This document shows, piece by piece, positions 60,501 to 64,000 of a DNA stretch of 64,000 bases. How positions within the stretch are numbered: position 1 is the first letter of the stretch; every line of letters begins with the position of its first letter. A program made the position numbers and the translations under genes. Source of the stretch: Phallusia mammillata (Eukaryota); assembly GCA_965637545.1 (NCBI GenBank), contig OZ281497.1:10602001-10666000 (forward strand), written 5' to 3'. Under the pieces are notes generated by a model. It saw nothing but the letters and a program-made list of their open reading frames with translations, was not told where the DNA came from and ran no database searches.

Positions 60501-63500
60501 TAGTCGCTTTGGCCCTCACAAAACGCAGGCCATCATAACATACCCGCAATATCGTTTGCCGGCATTCAGTGCCAACTTTGCCTGCACCGGCAGTTGAACA
60601 GACACATGACCCGCTTTTTGACGTGCACTGTTATTCCCTGCACGTCTCAACTACAAGCATTTGCGTATTTACAAAGCTGTTGCAATATCGTATTCATGCT
60701 TGATCAATGACATACTTTCGTTTCAATAAGCCGTGACTTACAGCTGATCTTGCTTTCGTAGGTACGACATCTGCACCTACAGGAATCAACCGTGTGGCAC
60801 ACTCGGTAAGTAAAAGTTAAGATGTGTTTTTGCATTTAATAGGATATTTGGAAATAATTGAGATCCTATTCTACCGCTGGTTGTCTCGCGAACTTCCTTT
60901 TCGTGGAAAGCATTGACTCGTTTAGCTTCTTCCAATGCCCTTAGGCGTATTGGTCATTTTGTCTCTAAATTTTGTTGATATCAGGAAATTGATCACTGTC
61001 TGTTCATAATCAGCGAAATTTCACCTCAATAATGTTTCAAATACGTTTATCATGATGGTTACATCGTTTGCTTACAAAAACATAGCTCAATTGCGTAATA
61101 CACAACTATAAATTAGTTCTAAACAGGCGATCATTGCCCCGCAGAGTAGAGCACTCACGCAAAGCTTCATAGGTAAAGAGCTTTTGTTCGCACGGACGAA
61201 GTTTGGCGCTGTAAAACCCTTTTGGGGACGACGCGTGTGTATTCTGGGCCTTCGCTTCCGCCCTGTTCTATGGACCGCACGCGCGTCAAGGACCTTTTCA
61301 TTCGGTCCTTGATTGTCGAAGAACGCAGATAGGGGCGGGCGGTTGCTTTTATCACGCAACGGGCCAAAGCAAACTCTTGCTCATTGAACCTTCGCGTTAG
61401 GCCATTGTCGACTGGAACAACACCGAATACGTCATACCTGTGTCACGCCTCAGTTACCCCGCGCCTTACAGCTAGAATCGACCATTAGGGAACTTGGTTA
61501 TCCAGAAAACGTATTCATATAAGAATAACACCAGATCTTCGCTTGTTGAAACTGAATATGTTTGTTTAAGGTTTGGCGCCTGTGTCTGGGATGTGCGAGC
61601 ATATGAGGAGCTGCAGCATCAACGAAGACATTGGACTGGCATCCGCCTTCACCATTGCACACGAAATCGGACACAAGTGAGTACAACTTTTTGCTACAAC
61701 ATTTGAATACGGAATAGCAACACGCTTAGGCTGTTGCCCGCGAATTTGTCGGTATGTACGTGGTTAATGGTAATTATTACACGCAATTTTGACTTGGCCA
61801 ACCAAATCCAATTAATGCCACTTAACATAATAAGTAGGTTGAAGATTTGTCTCGCTAGACTTTTTTTGCTAAACATACCCGTTTCAACTTGGGTAAAGAG
61901 GTATGGGAGTTTTCTGAGCGTTTGGCGTCTAGACTTTCCTTCCCAGAATTGAGTGTTTGTGCAGCAGTTAACGCGCGCGAAAGACGAATGAGCGCTGAAA
62001 TCTAAACAGTTCTGCCATTTGTGATCTTGTGTTGGTGTCGTGAACCAGCTTTAATCCCAACGCTTACGCTGTTGAAAACACTACGGCTGTTTTCGATCGA
62101 ACTAAGTTGACAAATTTAAGAGGCTGAACTGACAGACGACCTTGCCTTCTGTCGTCAACTTGAAGATTGTCTTTTTAACGACCTGATCTGTACTATAGCG
62201 CCGCTAGTGGTGATTGTAATGCTTGGAGGCAAAAAGTTAAATCAAAACAGGGGATTTTTTAGTGTTTACACAGCAGTGATTGAATCGTGTAGTTACGCCT
62301 CACAGGGCGTTAATCCATTTGGTTTGAGCTCGTTTGTAAACGTCGCGCCCCACACGCAGTTTTGGAGCTGCACTCATGCAGTTTCGCTTCTGTGTAATCC
62401 CATCAGCACACAGAGATAGATCGAAAACATCCATCACATCGAGTACTGTATAGTCTCGAAGGGCTTACTTTGGAAATGTTATGTTTGTATATTTGAAAAC
62501 TTTACACTGGCGTCTATGTTTAGTTTTGGCATGAACCACGACGGAACCGGCAACGAATGCGGTCCAGGAAACGGTCAACCATCCAAGATCATGGCGCCGC
62601 AAATGACCACAAACACAAGTCCCTTTATGTGGTCCAGATGCTCTAAAAAATACATTACCGACTTCTTGGAGTAAGTGTCTCAGTACATAAAAGAATGATT
62701 AGTGTATTTTTTTCAATATGATAACAATGTGCTTTTTACTTTAGCTCCGGTGCAGGCAATTGCCTCGTCGACTCGCCACCATCAAGGGACTTTAACTTCC
62801 CTGAAGAAATGCCTGGCCAGTTGCATGATGCCGATGAGCAATGTCGATTCCAGTATGGTGCACAGTCCAAACAATGCCGTTATGGGGTAAGCACTTGTGA
62901 AAATTTCAACATGGTCAAAAACAATCCTCTAAAATCCGGCAACAGTGTTCGAGAAATGTATGCTTTGTTTCCGTACCCCGGGGAACGAGTATCTAATGTA
63001 ACCCACTGTTTCGTTCATAAACAAATCTAATGGGGCATTGGCCTCATGTCCCTGGTAGACAAGATCTAGGTGACTGATTATACGCGCTTAAAAAACGCGC
63101 TTGGAATTTAACGGGCTTTACCGCAAAATGCACATCTTGATTGGCACACAATGCAAATGGAGTAATTAATGGAAAAACTGTCTGCCTTATCACATAACAG
63201 TAATCCACCGGTGGAACTTATCTCGTTTTCTCTACGTCATTTCATAGTTCGCTGCCTTCGAACTTCGCACCTACGCACGCCAAACTGGGTGGTCTAAACC
63301 GCCGGACTAACTTCCGAACTTAAGGTCAACCGTAATGTTGAAAGTTGGGCTATCCAGGCCAGTGAGTTTAGTCGACGACAAACACTGGGCGACCACCCAC
63401 ATATATTTGCCAAAACTTTTATTGGCACTTCAGCTGCATTTATTTGGTAGTCATCGACCAAGTATAGTTTCAAGCCTTATTAATTAGCGGAAATCGCTAG

Positions 63501-64000
63501 TCTGGACATTAAATCGCAGTTATACAAAACGAAATACCACTTGCCCAATTCGCAATAAATCAATGGTTTCTTCAGCGTGTCCGGTTACGGGTTAATACAA
63601 GTCTTCATTAGGTACGTCTTTGTTGTTAAAATTGTCTCGCCACAAATCGGTGAAACCGACTAAAAAACTTTCATTGCCCCGAGTTCGAAGAGATTGCCTT
63701 TTATATTGTGTCTTCTGTCACGTTACGCACTTCTAACGTGGTATATTGCTTTTTGTTAGGATGTGTGCCGGGAGTTGTGGTGCACGAGCAAAAACGAACG
63801 ATGTGCAACAAACAGCATTCCAGCTGCAGAAGGCACCAACTGCATCACAACCGATATACCAAGGGGGGTAAGTACGCAAAACAAAAAAGTTGTCATGCTC
63901 ATTTCATCGCCACTGCCGCCTAAATTTTAACGTCGATCTCTTTTTGACAGTGGTGCTATCGTGGAAACTGTGTGCCGTTCGGATACCGACCACAAGCGGT
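54543..64000 (+). CDS. ADAMTS6: ADAMTS6/ADAMTS10-type secreted metalloprotease, 5' portion; exons 54543-54636, 55845-56302, 56375-56567, 56638-56957, 57030-57113, 58883-59022, 60762-60805, 61571-61676, 62524-62670, 62745-62886, 63760-63867, 63951->64000
   Basis: Signal peptide [24 protein letters not shown]; prodomain [29 protein letters not shown]; PWW motif; furin site [41 protein letters not shown]; [18 protein letters not shown]; [23 protein letters not shown]; zinc motif HEIGHNFGMNHD; Met-turn IMAP; disintegrin-like [27 protein letters not shown]. All junctions are GT-AG with matching phases. Probably the single pro-orthologue of vertebrate ADAMTS6 and ADAMTS10. Confidence 0.93.

Overview
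Eukaryotic, intron-rich genomic DNA. It is probably an ascidian/tunicate; this is inferred from the short 50-120 nt introns, undepleted CpG and very frequent TGACGTCA. The window has two intact + strand genes. The first is the last five exons of WDR70 (120-5440). The second is the 5' half of an ADAMTS6/10-type metalloprotease (ATG 54543, running off the end): signal peptide, prodomain, furin sites, HEIGHNFGMNHD zinc site and disintegrin-like domain. The ~49 kb between them has no intact ORF. It contains five hAT MITEs with 8-bp TSDs plus one older hAT copy, a Merlin-like MITE, internally deleted Chapaev3 and piggyBac elements, and several decayed genes, all on the minus strand. The most striking unexplained signal is in the GC-richer non-coding islands, both between the genes and inside the large ADAMTS introns. 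These islands share no obvious sequence similarity, yet each folds into many nested 6-12 bp helices over about 200-550 nt. The non-Watson-Crick positions are nearly always G-U when read on the + strand. This points to a very long + strand transcript (giant first intron, outron or read-through from WDR70) built of modular structured RNA domains, several of which bury cryptic splice sites. All pairings were found by eye and need folding and covariation tests.
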